A stretch of DNA of 60,672 bases, filler included, from Sluysia triapertura (Eukaryota): assembly GCA_046118255.1 (NCBI GenBank). It is 5 parts of 5 records of this genome, joined end to end, with 100 filler letters (N's around TTAATTAATTAA, not from the genome) between each part and the next. Parts side by side here need not be neighbours in the genome. Positions count along the whole stretch, not along the records: positions 1 to 11,878 come from JBJNIA010161596.1; positions 11,979 to 23,826 come from JBJNIA010164149.1; 3 more parts are not named here. One strand, 5' to 3'. Shown here in pieces: positions 1 to 12,310 of the stretch. The stretch's first letter is position 1. Each line of letters opens with the position of its first letter. Made by a program: the position numbers and the translations under genes. The notes under the pieces are model-generated. The model saw nothing but the letters and a program-made list of their open reading frames with translations. It was not told the DNA's origin and ran no database searches.

Positions 1-17
1 AATAATAATAATAATAA

Positions 18-78
<61 letters not shown>

Positions 79-110
79 TAAGTACTCAAAGGCGCTTAAA
101 ATAAATCAGT
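1..110 (-). mobile_element. L2-type LINE/SINE 3' tail fragment with (TTA)n tail
   Basis: (AAT)n at 1-77 abuts TAAGTACTCAAAGGCGCTTAAA. This nearly matches the reverse complement of 43815-43836, which is itself followed by a (TAT)n tail. Confidence 0.5.
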
Positions 111-133
111 CACTATAATATTTCTTAAATATT

Positions 134-1000
134 TCATAACCATCCAGTAATTTGACATTTTCCGGTAGTTGGTTTTATATTTTTGACACAAACGGTATAT
201 AACCTATCACTTAGCTTATTATCACTGTGTATTCTGTATAGAGTATTATGTCTCAATGAAACGTTCATCTTACTTTCCAAATTTTTATTATTTCTAAGAG
301 ATATTCTAAACTTCCGTAATGTAATCATTTGTAAATTATTGTCATGATTTTGAAATCTATTCTTGCTTTTATTTGCAACCAATGCAATAAGGTGTTTCAT
401 GAGATCTTTTTCCCACTTGAAAAATCAGTTTTGCTATTTGATTAATTATTAATTGTAATATATTCACTTTTCTACATGAAATTGAGTACAACATCTATGT
501 TAAAATCTATGTTATTAGTTATCAATGAATGAAAAATTAATTTAGGTGTTTCTTTATTAATAAATTTTCCAATATTTGATATTTTTGAATTCATAAAACA
601 TCCACCTACAACTAATTTTGTTTCGTTTATTTTGGTATTGTGGCTAATTTTATTAATGATTACATATTCTGACTTTTCTTTATTAGTTAGTGTACTTTTA
701 ATATTATTCTAAATTTAAATTAATTAAATTTAAAATTAATGAAATATATTTCTTAAAAAATTATTTAAATTTTAATTTAAAAATCATTAGAATATTTGTA
801 ATTGATTTTAATATATTTTCAATACTTTGCTCATTTCTTGATATGAAATATTTTGCATACAAAATAGACTATCATGAAAATAAAATCTTTATCCAAATAA
901 AATCTTATCCACTAATGTAACTCCAGAATCCAACAGAATATAATCGTAATGTAATTTTGACCATCTCACATACATTTATGCACCACATTTATTTTAAGGT
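134..1000 (-). pseudogene. Highly decayed piggyBac-like transposase remnant
   Basis: Minus-strand fragments in the expected order: KCGA*MYV (cf. KYGIKxY), KWEKDLMKHLIAL (cf. KWxKxLFFHLLD), ITLRKFRISL and a degenerate C-terminal Cys region. Many frameshifts. Confidence 0.35.
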
Positions 1001-1096
1001 TTTTTGCTAATTTTATTTTAATTATTATCTTCTTAATATTGAGAAGTAACGAATAAATAAAATCAATTTACAAAACAAGATGAAATATTTATTTAA

Positions 1097-1311
1097 CTCG
1101 TTCGCTACCAGGGTATATTTTGAAAAACCTACCCCACAGACCAGAACCTTTTTTGGGATAATACAACACTAATTGAAATAGAAATTACTTATATAAAAAA
1201 ACAACAGAACCTAACATGCCTACTTAAAAAATAACTGGCACATATATGTGCCGCTGGTCTCTGGTAACGAATTACAGTGGCACACATATGTGCCGGCTAG
1301 TAGCGAACGAG
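1097..1311. mobile_element. piggyBac-type non-autonomous MITE (215 bp)
   Basis: TTAA at 1093-1096 and 1312-1315. Perfect 12-bp TIR CTCGTTCGCTAC / GTAGCGAACGAG. Subterminal palindromes at 1237-1252 and 1279-1294. Confidence 0.85.
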
Positions 1312-1339
1312 TTAATAATGAATAAACTAGTATTATTAT

Positions 1340-3480
1340 CAGTTCTTGCTTAATGTTTATTGACAAATGTCATTCCCACTTGTACACAATTTTGGAAAAT
1401 ACTGAACCAGTCAAAGTCAGTTAAAACCAGTAATTAATGCCCAATTTAAACCAGGTTATTATAAAAAGTTAACTGAATCTAAATGATCTTCATTCGTGAC
1501 TATTTTCCTAAATTCTTCAAAAAATCAGCCAATAAATATGTCTTATTTTAAGTAGGACATCACGTTATCAAATAAATTATAACAATTTAATTCTTGCCAA
1601 ATTTTAAATGCCTTATTATAATCGTCATCACTTATGTCATTATTCCACTTTGGTGGCAGTAATGTAATATTTGGAAGTAAACAGAGTGAAATAGCCATAT
1701 GATATGAAAAATAATTTTTGATTTTGCTGCACTATTTGAAAATACTTTATTAGTTAATGTAGACATTGTGTTAGTTAAATTTGATAAACTATTTGGTAAA
1801 AATTGAACTGGATTTAAATTTAATTGAAAATTTTTTTAATAACTTAGTATAAACAAATAAGGCTTGAAGCTTTTCGGAAATTTGTGGTATACAAATTATT
1901 TCTCAATTTATTAATTCATCCTAATACATGATTAATTCATCCTATTAATGCATGCCTAATATATGATGTCACATTCACGTAAATTATGAAAGTTGGACAA
2001 ATTTTTCTACTTAAATTACATTTATTACAAGATGCCCCTAAATACTTACCACTAAAACGGTCGTGATCTTTAACAAGTTTAGTTGTTGGTTTTATACACT
2101 AACAAAATGATTTTGCAGTATTAAACTAAAATTGTTCGTAACTTGTTAAATTCATTTTTTTGATCTTGGTAAGGCATAACTATATTTTGAACAAGTACTT
2201 CAATCTTATTTACAAAACTTACTACATATTTATCATTGTAATATTCCATTTTTGGGCTTACTAATAATAAACCTGCACCTATTGGATCATGTCTTTGTTG
2301 ATACTGTTCGTGCGGTAATAATTCAAATTCAAAATCTGCGTAAATAACAAATGGTGGTGACACTGATTTACTGTAATGAGTAAATTTGAATTTATTATCG
2401 CATAAAAAATTAAAAATTACTTTTAGACATTTTTGATTTCTGAAGTATCTTCTTTTTCAACGACACTTTCCAAAAATTAAATTATGTCCCATGTGTTTAT
2501 TTGCACACATTTGTTCTTCCTCCTACTTCACACTAAAAGACATTAATTTATTAATAAAAACTTTCTTCAGAACATACAAAATAATATACGCTGCTTTCAT
2601 TGTAATTCTATAAATTAATAAATAAAGAAAAAACTTACCTGTGATAAGTAATGAGTCATCTTCTTTGTTGAATACGTATATAGTATTCGACATCCAATAA
2701 AAAATAAAATATCTAACAAAAAAACGTTACTAAAAAGTAACTAAATAGTAACTACATGATATTGTAAATAATATATTATTGATAAAAATTGATTTAAAAT
2801 AATTTTGTCGAAAATTATTCTTGATGACAAAAATTTACTTAGAAACTCTAGTTATATAAATTTTGATAAAAAGCAAATTACACAAATATTTATTAATACA
2901 TTTTAAATACGGACAATGATTGTTATGATGACGAAATACGCATGTGATATTTTTTTGGTACTGTTTCAAATTTGTATGTCACATTATACAAAACTATTTT
3001 AAATTTTGGAAATAACCTTTTCACATGCATATTTTTATACAACAAATATATAAAATACTGTACATCTAATATCATATTTGAATTAAATGCTTGTTTGTTG
3101 TTTTAGCTTTTCATTCAATTCATTTATTTAATTGATGATAAGTATATATATATCGTGAATTGAATCAAACCAGTTTTCCACATACATAATTAATAATTCA
3201 CTAAAAGAAAACTTTCTGCATTAATGAAGGCCAAATTCATTAGATATTATCTACAAAAATATTGATAATACATCCATAAAATGAATAATTGTCCACATGT
3301 TAGTACATTTTGAATTTTGTCTGTTGAAATTTACAGGTCGACCAATTTAAACAAGACGGATTAAATTCATCGGACATTTTATATTTATCACTTTTTATTA
3401 AGATTTTCATGTTATTTAATATTTGCTATCCAAATTGATCTCAACAATGGTGCCTATTGTTTCCATTACAAATCGGTTCA
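1340..3480 (-). pseudogene. Polinton/Maverick (adintovirus-like) protein-primed DNA polymerase B remnant with endonuclease VII-like insert
   Basis: PPFVIYADFE (ORF 2121-2363); VKDHDRFSGKYLGASCNKCNL..FHNL (cf. VRDHCHxTGKYRGAAHxxCNL..FHNL); FLPNSLSNL; LPPK..ISDDDYNKAFKIWQELNC..YLK*D..ADF. Frameshifted, with stops. Confidence 0.85.
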
Positions 3481-3540
3481 ATTAAATTCAAATAAATGTA
3501 CATGTGATTTAATCAAGAAAGGAGAGGTATCTGATATGTA

Positions 3541-4081
3541 CAGTGATAGCCAAACTATTAGACTAAAACAGGAAAAATATGTTTTTTGGTTTTCTTAATA
3601 TTTGCTACCATGACCTGTAAACCCTCTAGATATGAATCCCATAGAAAATCTGTCGGAGATTGTCGAAAGGAGAGTTTCTACCCATAAACCAACCAACCCT
3701 GATAAAAGTATGACATCATGATGACGAGATCAAAGACTTGTGTCCCAATCTCATCTATGGCATGCCTTTAAGAATCAGGAAATTATTGGATAACAAAGGA
3801 GGGCAACCAAAGTACTGATACAACAGTTTGTACATATTTGATTTGTAGTAAATTTTGTTATCATTCTACGTGAAAAAAATTTCTGTATATATTGGATCTG
3901 AGTATTTTACGTATTATTTTTTTATTAATTTTTTTTGAGAAAGTAGTTATTTTCTAACATTTTACATTTCCAGTGACAATGTTTTTATACTTGTATTTAT
4001 ACATTTTTGATTAATAGTTTCATAGTATCCTTGAATTTTATCACAAAAATGGTCTTTAGTCTAATAATTTGGCCACCACTA
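3541..4081 (+). mobile_element. Internally deleted Tc1 (DD34E) element inserted in the Polinton
   Basis: TA flanks. Imperfect TIRs CAGTGATAGCCAAACTATTAGACTAAA / TTTAGTCTAATAATTTGGCCACCACTA. 3602-3818 encodes LP*PVNPLDMNPIENL...LIYGMPLRIRKLLDNKGGQPKY*, a Tc1 C-terminus. Confidence 0.85.
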
Positions 4082-5149
4082 TATACTATTTATACTATAT
4101 AATATTCTACTAAAACTAAACAAGCGCTGATAAATTAATTCATCACGTAAAATAACTGCATCATTATCGTCTTTAATTTGTAAAAACCATTTTATTATTT
4201 TCTAATTCAACTTTTTGAAAGCATGTCATTGAGATGGCCAAGTCTTAGAAATTGAGGAATTTTTGATAAAATGTCTTAGATGACAAATGCATTATCATAA
4301 TTAATAAAAACAAAATTTGAAAACGGGACTTAAGGTCCATTTTTATTATTTAAAATTTTACATGAAAATTTAGCTTAAGGCCTAAAATGAATTACGAATT
4401 TACTTTTGTTATTAAGAATTTGAAATAAATTCAATACCAATGTGTAGATGATAAATCCTTTAACAAAGTTTAATCCATTTGCTCAGGTAAGGCTTCCTCA
4501 TCATGCTTAAATCTTCTTGGAACGATAATTAAATATGTCACATCATCGATAGCAGCTGCTAATTGATGCTGCTGTTTAGTTCGTAATTGTGACTCTTGAG
4601 GGGTTGTCAAATCGATCATTCTTTCTTGAATTTTTGTGCATTCATCACAGCAATTATCAAGTTTTTCTAAGCCATTTTTAAAATTATACAACTGATTCTG
4701 AAAAATAAATTTGAGTTGAGTTTCTGCAGCTTCATCTTAAAATTTGTAACGTTTAATTAAATGCATAATTTCCTCCAATTGTTCACACCTTCGAAATGCC
4801 CGAACGACTACTCGAGTTGCAGTAGTTTCGGCTTCTAATTCTTGCAATTTACTCATAGTCAAATTTCGGAATGATATTTTTAAATCAAATATTTGGTTCA
4901 TATTGATATACCTGTATTTGTTTTATTTTTGACTCCTCTTTATGTTGTTGAATATTAAAACAAATAATAATAAAAATAATAAAGATAAAAATAATAATAC
5001 AAATAATGCAAATAGGAGGAACTAAAAAAATAATAAAAGTAATGAGAATAATTAACGCGAATGGTAATAGGAGGAAAAAGGACTATGATGTTGAAATGAA
5101 AAGCTTCATTTATAATATTAATATTATAATATTAATATTAATGATTTGG

Positions 5150-5830
5150 CGTCTATAGTAAGAAAGTGACAATGAATTGGAGAGTTAAATGTAAAGTTTT
5201 ATAAATGTTGATGAAAATTATTTTAGATAACAGTGATACCAGTCATTTCAAATTTAATTACATCGACGAATTCTGCAAATTTTTACTAAATTAGTTTTTA
5301 TAAAAATGATATTTATATTAACTCACATTTATTGATTCAATTTCAAATTGAGGTGAAATACCAACATTTTTTTATCTTTACTGAATTGAAAAGAAATATC
5401 GGTTATAAAATAACTAATATCTGATATATATTCCTGTTTTTAAAATCCAAAATCAATATGAATAATAATTTTATTTTTTTGGCAATATAATGATGCTTAT
5501 TTAGATAATAAACGATTTGTAGTATTATTTTATTATTTTCCGTAAATGTATTAAAAGTATTGTATTTTATCTATTTTTCTGCAATACATGATTTATCATT
5601 AAGTTTATTTTTTTTCATCAAAGAACAAATCAATGTTAGCAGTGAAGGTAAATTTTGGCCACATTAATTCTTTTAATAAATAGTATTCTGTACCATGCCT
5701 AAATGAAATTTTGAAAAAGTTATAAATAAATTCGACTACTGTAACTAATTATTATTACTGCATTATTATTTCGTTGAGTCAGTGATCAACGATTGCTTGT
5801 TAATATTAAATGAAAACCTTCAGTATTAAA
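5150..5830 (-). pseudogene. Probable Polinton minor capsid (penton) remnant
   Basis: N-terminal GFHLILTSN (cf. FYxTLPSN), EYYLLKELMWPKFTF (cf. EVxLxEIxYP) and C-terminal DVIKFEMTG...LHLTLQF. Lies directly downstream of the integrase. Confidence 0.45.
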
Positions 5831-5849
5831 GTGATGACACTAAAAATAA

Positions 5850-6720
5850 ATTACGTTGAAGTTTATATCACTAGTTGAGATTCAAGTATTCAACCCATTT
5901 AACAATTAACTTTTGGCTTCTAAAATTGATTTAATGCGATAGATTATCGATTTATAAGGTAAAACACGCAATTCTTCATAAAATTTACCGTCTCACCATC
6001 GTCATCTTTTAATGCATACAATACAGATTTTGTCTTGTAGCAATTTTTATGAATCTTAGACACCTTATTACATCAATTATTATTAAAGTTTTCCACGAAT
6101 TTTTTGTTGAAATTTTTGATATTCTTACATTGTCACCAACTTTATATTTGAGTTTATTTTTTATTTATTTTAAATTATGTTTAGCCACATTTCCATAAAG
6201 TTGAATTAATATCTCTAGGTTTACGTGATAATATCAGTGTTTACTGTGATTATATGCATCAATTATATTAGATAATGCGTTAATCTATTTTTATTACCTT
6301 GTTTTGTAAAATAATTTTTTCATCTATCTCATACAGTGCAATTATATCGTGCAACTAATGCTGAATAATGATTATTTCCGTGCTTTTCTAGTACCTTTTA
6401 AACATCTTTATTGTAAAATTCTTATAGGTTTGTTGTTTGCTACTTCATTAACATCTTTATCATGTTTGATATTGCTCTTGCAAATCTTGAAAGTAATTTA
6501 AAATGTATTTGTAACCATTATTAATTTTTGAATATGGAATCATTTCCATTAAATTAACTTGCTATAATTCATTTGATTGATTTATACAATTGAAGATTGT
6601 AATCCTCATAAAATTGTTAAATAACTTTTAATTTATTTTATGACTTGACTCACAGGGGCAAACCGTCTTTTAAAAATAACGTACTAAATTCAGTTAAAAA
6701 ATGGTGCTTCAAATGCCTGC
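5850..6720 (-). pseudogene. Polinton c-integrase with C-terminal chromodomain (remnant)
   Basis: QVNLMEMIPYSKINNGYKYIL, EFYNKDVLKVLEKH, ALVARYNCTV, LSNIIDAYNHSKH, KYKVGDNVRISK, YALKDDDGET, YRIKSIL..KLIVKWVEY, in canonical order. Confidence 0.85.
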
Positions 6721-7049
6721 TGCTTGAATTACAAATGTAAATAACATTGAAACTGAAATAGGAATTATAATTGTGAAATTTTTTTGCAAAGAATCAGCTT
6801 TTATACTGATTTTTGCCCAATTATGTACACTTACAAAATAAAATTTTTATATTTATCTACTTATTATTATAAGTAGTTCATTAAAATTTAAAATGACAAT
6901 TTCGAAATTCTAAAATTTTTTTCTTATAATATAATTATTACTATTTATTACTGACTTATTTTTATAAGTAATGCTTATTATTATTTATTATATTATTCCT
7001 TAAACGAAGATGTGCTGTCATCAACCTAACATCAGGAAGACACACACAT

Positions 7050-8900
7050 GAAGACCATACAAATATTTTAATATGAATACAGGTTATCATAAAAGTTATC
7101 CTAGTGCATGATAGGGAATCATAAATGTTTTAAAAATACAAAAGTTTTAAGCATAAGTCAACAAGTTGGCACAATTATTAAACATGCTAATAGTTTAATT
7201 CCATATAAATCATTAACAATTAAAAGTTCAGATTCATTTTCTATAGTAACATCATTAAAATGTTAGACTCATTTTTAATGTGAAAGTAATGATGCCGATA
7301 TAGATAATCTTAATATTTCCAGAAACTTAATTGATGAAGTAATTATTGAAGAAACTAGTTTAGGTTCATTGGCTTAAATTTATCATCATCATTCAAACAA
7401 ATTATTTTAAAAATATATACATGTAGCACGTAAGACAATATCAATATCACGAAAGTCATTACCTAAGAAACAAAAAAGGTTGAGGAGTCTATATTTCAAG
7501 AGAAAGTTTAATAAGTGTTTAGAAATAAAAAGGTCTGTATTAAAAGTAATGATGGAAATTCTAAAAAATGCTTCCCTTTTCCACTTAATTACCCAATCAT
7601 AAAAGATCTGGATTAATAATCATTTCCTATTGTTTTCAAGCATGAACAGAACTAAAATAATATTTACAAAAATTCTGTATCATCAAATGACGGCGCACGG
7701 AAAATATGTGGTAAAAACATTTCAGAAAACAATGTGGTACTACTCATGGCAATTTGCTGGGTAGGTATCTTTAAGAATTTATGTTTAAAAAGGCTTGATG
7801 ATAGAAGCACATTTATATTAATTAAAATTCTTGGTTCAAAAAACAAGGTGCACATTATGCACCATAAATACGATAAATAAATTACTTATTTAATTAAGAT
7901 TGCGATTTGTATCTTCATCTTTAATCATGTTAGTAAGGTTAGTTTTATTGTTATGAAGCTATCACATATTTTGCTTAAAACTTTGAAATCTACTACTGTC
8001 GAGTACCACTAGACATATATTCATTACAATTGTGTTTTTTTCCATTTATTCAGATTGACCTCAAATTTATTCAAATTTCGTTCTAAAAATTAACCTGGAC
8101 ATAGCTCAAAGCGGAGCGCAAAAAGGTATATGCTCGAAACATATTAATTAAACTTAGTTTTTGTTATCGTTTTTATAGCTTATACATTTTTTGGATAGTA
8201 TAATTAATTCATTATGCAAAATAAAAGAAAGCTATTACTAACTTCACTAAACTGTAACATTTTCATACGATTGTGTTGAATGATTGCTTTTTTCCGTTCA
8301 TCGGAATATTTCTGTTGCATTTCTGGTAAAGTTTTGTACTTTCTAATTATAAAAAGATTCATTGTCCTGTGAATAAATCAAAAGAAGAAACTATTTAATA
8401 TTTTAATCCATTTTTTGTTTTAAACTCATTAAAATATCGTAACAACTTTTATTTAATATGAATTATATCAAATGAAAGACAATTTATTAGAATGAGGTAC
8501 TATATTTCCAACTAAACAAAAGTTTTGATTCCTTCTTTTAGATCCTCATATTCTCTATCTGTGCCTATTCATTTGTCCATTTATTATACACATTACTTAA
8601 AGAAAATTATTTTACCCAAAATTTGTTGATAATCGTTCATTAAGAAAAGAAAGTATTCATAAGACAAATCATGTTGAACATTTTATAAATTATTTACTGC
8701 CATTTGATAGGTTTTACGCTTATTACACAATCATTTTAATAATTTTAAAGCCAGTGAGGGACACATTTCTTCGAATAAACGCTTTATATTCTATAAAATA
8801 GAATGGCTTGTTAATAAATGTAAACTAGCTATGCACACTTTACATAACTACCATATGTTTGTCAACTTATGCAATGTTAATTTCATATTCACAATTATTT
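7050..8900 (-). pseudogene. Very decayed hAT-like transposase remnant
   Basis: Weak fragments: LCKVC (Zn-finger-like), MVHNVHLVF (cf. CxLHxxHNAF), QAFLNI..RYLPS (cf. RHVxTRW), IQIFYDWV. Confidence 0.3.
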
Positions 8901-9020
8901 TCCGACGCACTATTATGGTAATATCAATCGCCATCACTATTCTGTTTTCATTCTTTAATTGGGGTAAGCTGGGTTCATCTGATTATCTGTACCATTATGT
9001 TCTTTGAAATATTTTTCACA

Positions 9021-9360
9021 ATTTGTCCCGCGTCCCGCGACGTTTTTCAAAGTCCCGACTTTTAGAATTAAGTTAAATTTTATATTTATGAAAATCATTG
9101 TTTTACGTTCTAAGAATCCTATGAGCTACGACGACTAACATGTTGCTTTTGCTTCATGTTCATGCTGCGTGCTAGCAAGCTAATTAAACAAACAAATATT
9201 ACAAATCTGCTACTTACCATAGAAAATTAAGGTAAGTCCTATGTTAAAAATAAAAAAAATATTACGATATTATTTTTATTCTGTATGAAAATTTTTGTTG
9301 ATACTTCCCCCTTTCTTCAGAGTCGTCCCGCTTTGCCCATCTAAAAATCTGATCACCTTA
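9021..9360 (+). mobile_element. hAT (Blackjack-like) non-autonomous element, right end recognisable
   Basis: Clustered GTCCCG subterminal motifs (9025-9056, 9325-9330) and terminus ATCTGATCACCTTA (cf. TGGTCACCCTA). Left TIR degraded. Confidence 0.55.
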
Positions 9361-9390
9361 GCTATGAAATTATTTATTTTATTATATTAT

Positions 9391-9690
9391 TACAGGGTTT
9401 CCGCCTTATTTCAATGTTGTAAACCCTTATTTCAATTTAATATTAAAATTTAACAAACAATATTTTTAGTAAAATAATCAATAAAATAAATATTTACAAG
9501 AATTAATATTTTAATTAATTGTTACTTTAAAACTTAAATTTTAATAATGTTACAGGGTTTCTACCTTTATTTCAATTTTGTCATAATTATTAAATTTTAT
9601 TAATCCTTATTTCATTTATTTAAATTTTTATATAAATTTTTTAAAACTTAATTAATTACAAAATTGAAAAAAAAGTGGAAATCGTCATTT
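9391..9690. repeat. Duplicated TA-CAGGGTTTC terminal motif / MITE-like segment
   Basis: TACAGGGTTTCCGCCTTATTTCAAT (9391) and TACAGGGTTTCTACCTTTATTTCAATTTTGT (9551), with an imperfect inverted copy at 9658-9685. A related end occurs at about 23937. Confidence 0.45.
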
Positions 9691-10296
9691 TTATGGTTTT
9701 CTTTTTCTTCAACTTTCAATGGACTCGTTTTATTCTAGTTATTTTCTAGAAATATGTTACATGAAAATTGTTATAATTTGCTGACTTTAAAAACTAACTT
9801 AATTCGTACTGTATGCAGTGTATACATACTTTTTTTCGGTAGACGTAAGAATATAAGCATGTAAAGAATGTAAGCAATTTTTCAAAATAAACCATTATTA
9901 TTATCATTATTGCTAAGATTATGATTACTATTAAGATAATTATCATTTTATTATTCTTATTCTGAAAGTAAATTGCATCTGCAGACATATGATAAAATCA
10001 AAAATTTAAGATTATAATTTAATAAACATTATTTTTTATAAAATAATCAATAAAATAAATATTACAAGAATTTATTATTATATTACTATTATCATTATTA
10101 TTTTATTTCCTGTATTAGCTTTCCATCAGTAAAATGTATCAAGTTATATCAATTTTATTAGCCAGTATATTACGGTTTCAGTCATGCATCGCTTTTTAAT
10201 TTTTCTAAAACTAATCAATATTATAATTCTCACAATACTTATTCAATATATTACTGAATTAATTTCCGAATTATCTCATCAGTTTCATCACAATGT

Positions 10297-10360
10297 ATCT
10301 TTCTTCATTTAAGATCTTTCTTCATTTAAGATCTTTCTTCATTTAAGATCTTTCTTCATT
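10297..10360. repeat. 17-bp tandem repeat (ATCTTTCTTCATTTAAG) x3.8
   Basis: Direct inspection; units are perfect. Confidence 0.95.
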
Positions 10361-10599
10361 ATTTTCATTTGATATTTTTCCATATAAATATTTCTTCTTC
10401 TTCTTTTTCTTTCTTGTTAATTTCGACCTACAATTCTCTTTCTTTTTATAAAAATACATTTAATACATTTATATTTATTAATACATTTTATTTATTGAAT
10501 TTATATTTTTACAATCTACGACCTTGACACATCATTGGACGATAAATTTAAGTTTATTTTACATTAATTTAACTTAACAGAAAATTTTTTAGAACTCAT

Positions 10600-11387
10600 G
10601 TGGCAAGAAAGGTTATTAAAAAGAGACTTATGATAACATTATTTCAATATTTACGATTCAATTCAAGATATATCTTCAAAAAAATGAACAGATAACAGAA
10701 ACTAATCAATTAATTTTTAATATTGTAAGCTGTAATAATGCCTTGTAATAAAGCTTCAAGAGATACAGCAGTTTCGAGACGATTATCTAAAGTGAATATT
10801 ATAAGAAAAAGCTCTCTCCCGTTTCCGGAGAACGAAAATACTATCGAGAAAGGTCAATTTATGTAACGGAAATTTCAGGGTATCTGATGAAAACCGAGTA
10901 TTTTTGGATAAAAGAGGATTTAACTAACTTACTTGTAAACATTATGGATATTCTCTCATGAATATCTTTCTGTAAACTTGTAACATACTTTGACAGTTAT
11001 GCTAGACGCACTTTAGTAATGGATAACCTAAGTGATAAATGCTTTACGAGCTTGTAACATCATATTCAAATTTTTATTACCATATATACCTCAATTAAAC
11101 TTTATTGAGGAATTTTTTCACTGTTTAAAGCACGATATAATAGTTTTATCATTACAGAATGTTTGGAATCTTTACTTCTTCTCTCTAATGACTATTCTGT
11201 TGAATGTTTGGAGATTTAACAAAACGTGCATCGTTGGATTGACAATTCTAGTCGAAAAGAAGTATTTTAATAAATAATATTTTTAATTAAAAGTCCTTTC
11301 ATTTATAAATTTCATCGATTTTGGTGTAATATATCTTCATTGTATAATTTTTAGTTATATGTTAATATAGGATTGCGAAACTCTGTA
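10600..11387 (+). pseudogene. IS630-like (ITm superfamily) transposase remnant with putative right TIR
   Basis: IIRK..P..NENTIEK, FLDKRGFN*LTCKHYGYS (cf. FIDESGFN..R.YG.S), VMDN, FLLPYIPQLNFIEEFFHCLK (cf. FLPPYSPQLNPIE). Ends GCGAAACTCTG-TA. Confidence 0.7.
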
Positions 11388-11878
11388 AAACGAAGATAAT
11401 TTGTTTAAAAATACATTAATTTATGTCTAAATTTGTCTATTATGTATAAAATCTGATATTATTAAAACTCTGAAAAGTATATTAATTTGATATGAATATA
11501 TTAATATTGTAAACTAATGTCAAATAACTAGAAAATTATGAAATACTTAAAAGGCAGACAACGTTATATCTATTTTATATAAATTCTAAGCCACTTTTTG
11601 AGTATTTATTGTATTGTAGATATTAGAGCTGTTGTTAATGTAGGGTTCTTTTGATTATTGAACATGAATTACTCATGCTCATTATCTCTAAGTCGAGAGT
11701 CATTACGTTTATAATCATTAAGTGAACAAAAATACTCATTACTATTGTTATATCTTTATTAACCTTAGATTTATTTTTATCACCAGTATAAATATTATTA
11801 TTATCATTAAGAAAATTAAATACAATTAATTTATAATAATAAAATTCGAAAAGACGTTTATTATTTTTATAAATACTA

Positions 11879-11978
11879 NNNNNNNNNNNNNNNNNNNNNN
11901 NNNNNNNNNNNNNNNNNNNNNNTTAATTAATTAANNNNNNNNNNNNNNNNNNNNNNNNNNNNNNNNNNNNNNNNNNNN
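11879..11978. other. Assembly gap with artificial TTAATTAATTAA spacer
   Basis: N44-TTAATTAATTAA-N44, identical at four positions. Confidence 0.97.
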
Positions 11979-11979
11979 T

Positions 11980-12310
11980 TTCCGTTAATTGAAAATCCAT
12001 TATAGATTGTTATTATTTTTCCATTAAAATCCATTAAGTCTTTTCTTCATAGATTACTTTTTTCCATTAAAATCCATTAAGTTTTTCTTCATAGATTGTT
12101 ATTATTGTAATTATTTTTTAATTGACAACATTCATTAAATTTTTATTTATTATTTTTCTTATGCATTATTATTATTAATTTAAATTGGAAATAAAATTAT
12201 TACTTGTTTTAATTTAAATTGGAAATGAAACTATTTTAAATTGGAAATGAAATTATTTTAAATTGGAAGTGGATTTATTTTTAAATTAAGAATGAAATTA
12301 TTTTTAAATT
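11980..12310. repeat. Degenerate minisatellites (~45-bp TTCCATTAAAATCCATTAAG unit; ~21-bp TAAATTGGAAATGAAATTATTTT unit)
   Basis: Direct inspection. Confidence 0.7.

Noticed and set aside
10255-10285. Hammerhead-like CTGATGA..GAAA on the minus strand (also 23451, 32475, 43559)
   Set aside because: No closing stem II pair and no stems I/III.
11879-11978. Palindromic TTAATTAATTAA within N runs (four times)
   Set aside because: Identical 44/12/44 structure with stops in all frames; a scaffolding spacer, not biology. Adjacency across these gaps is uncertain.
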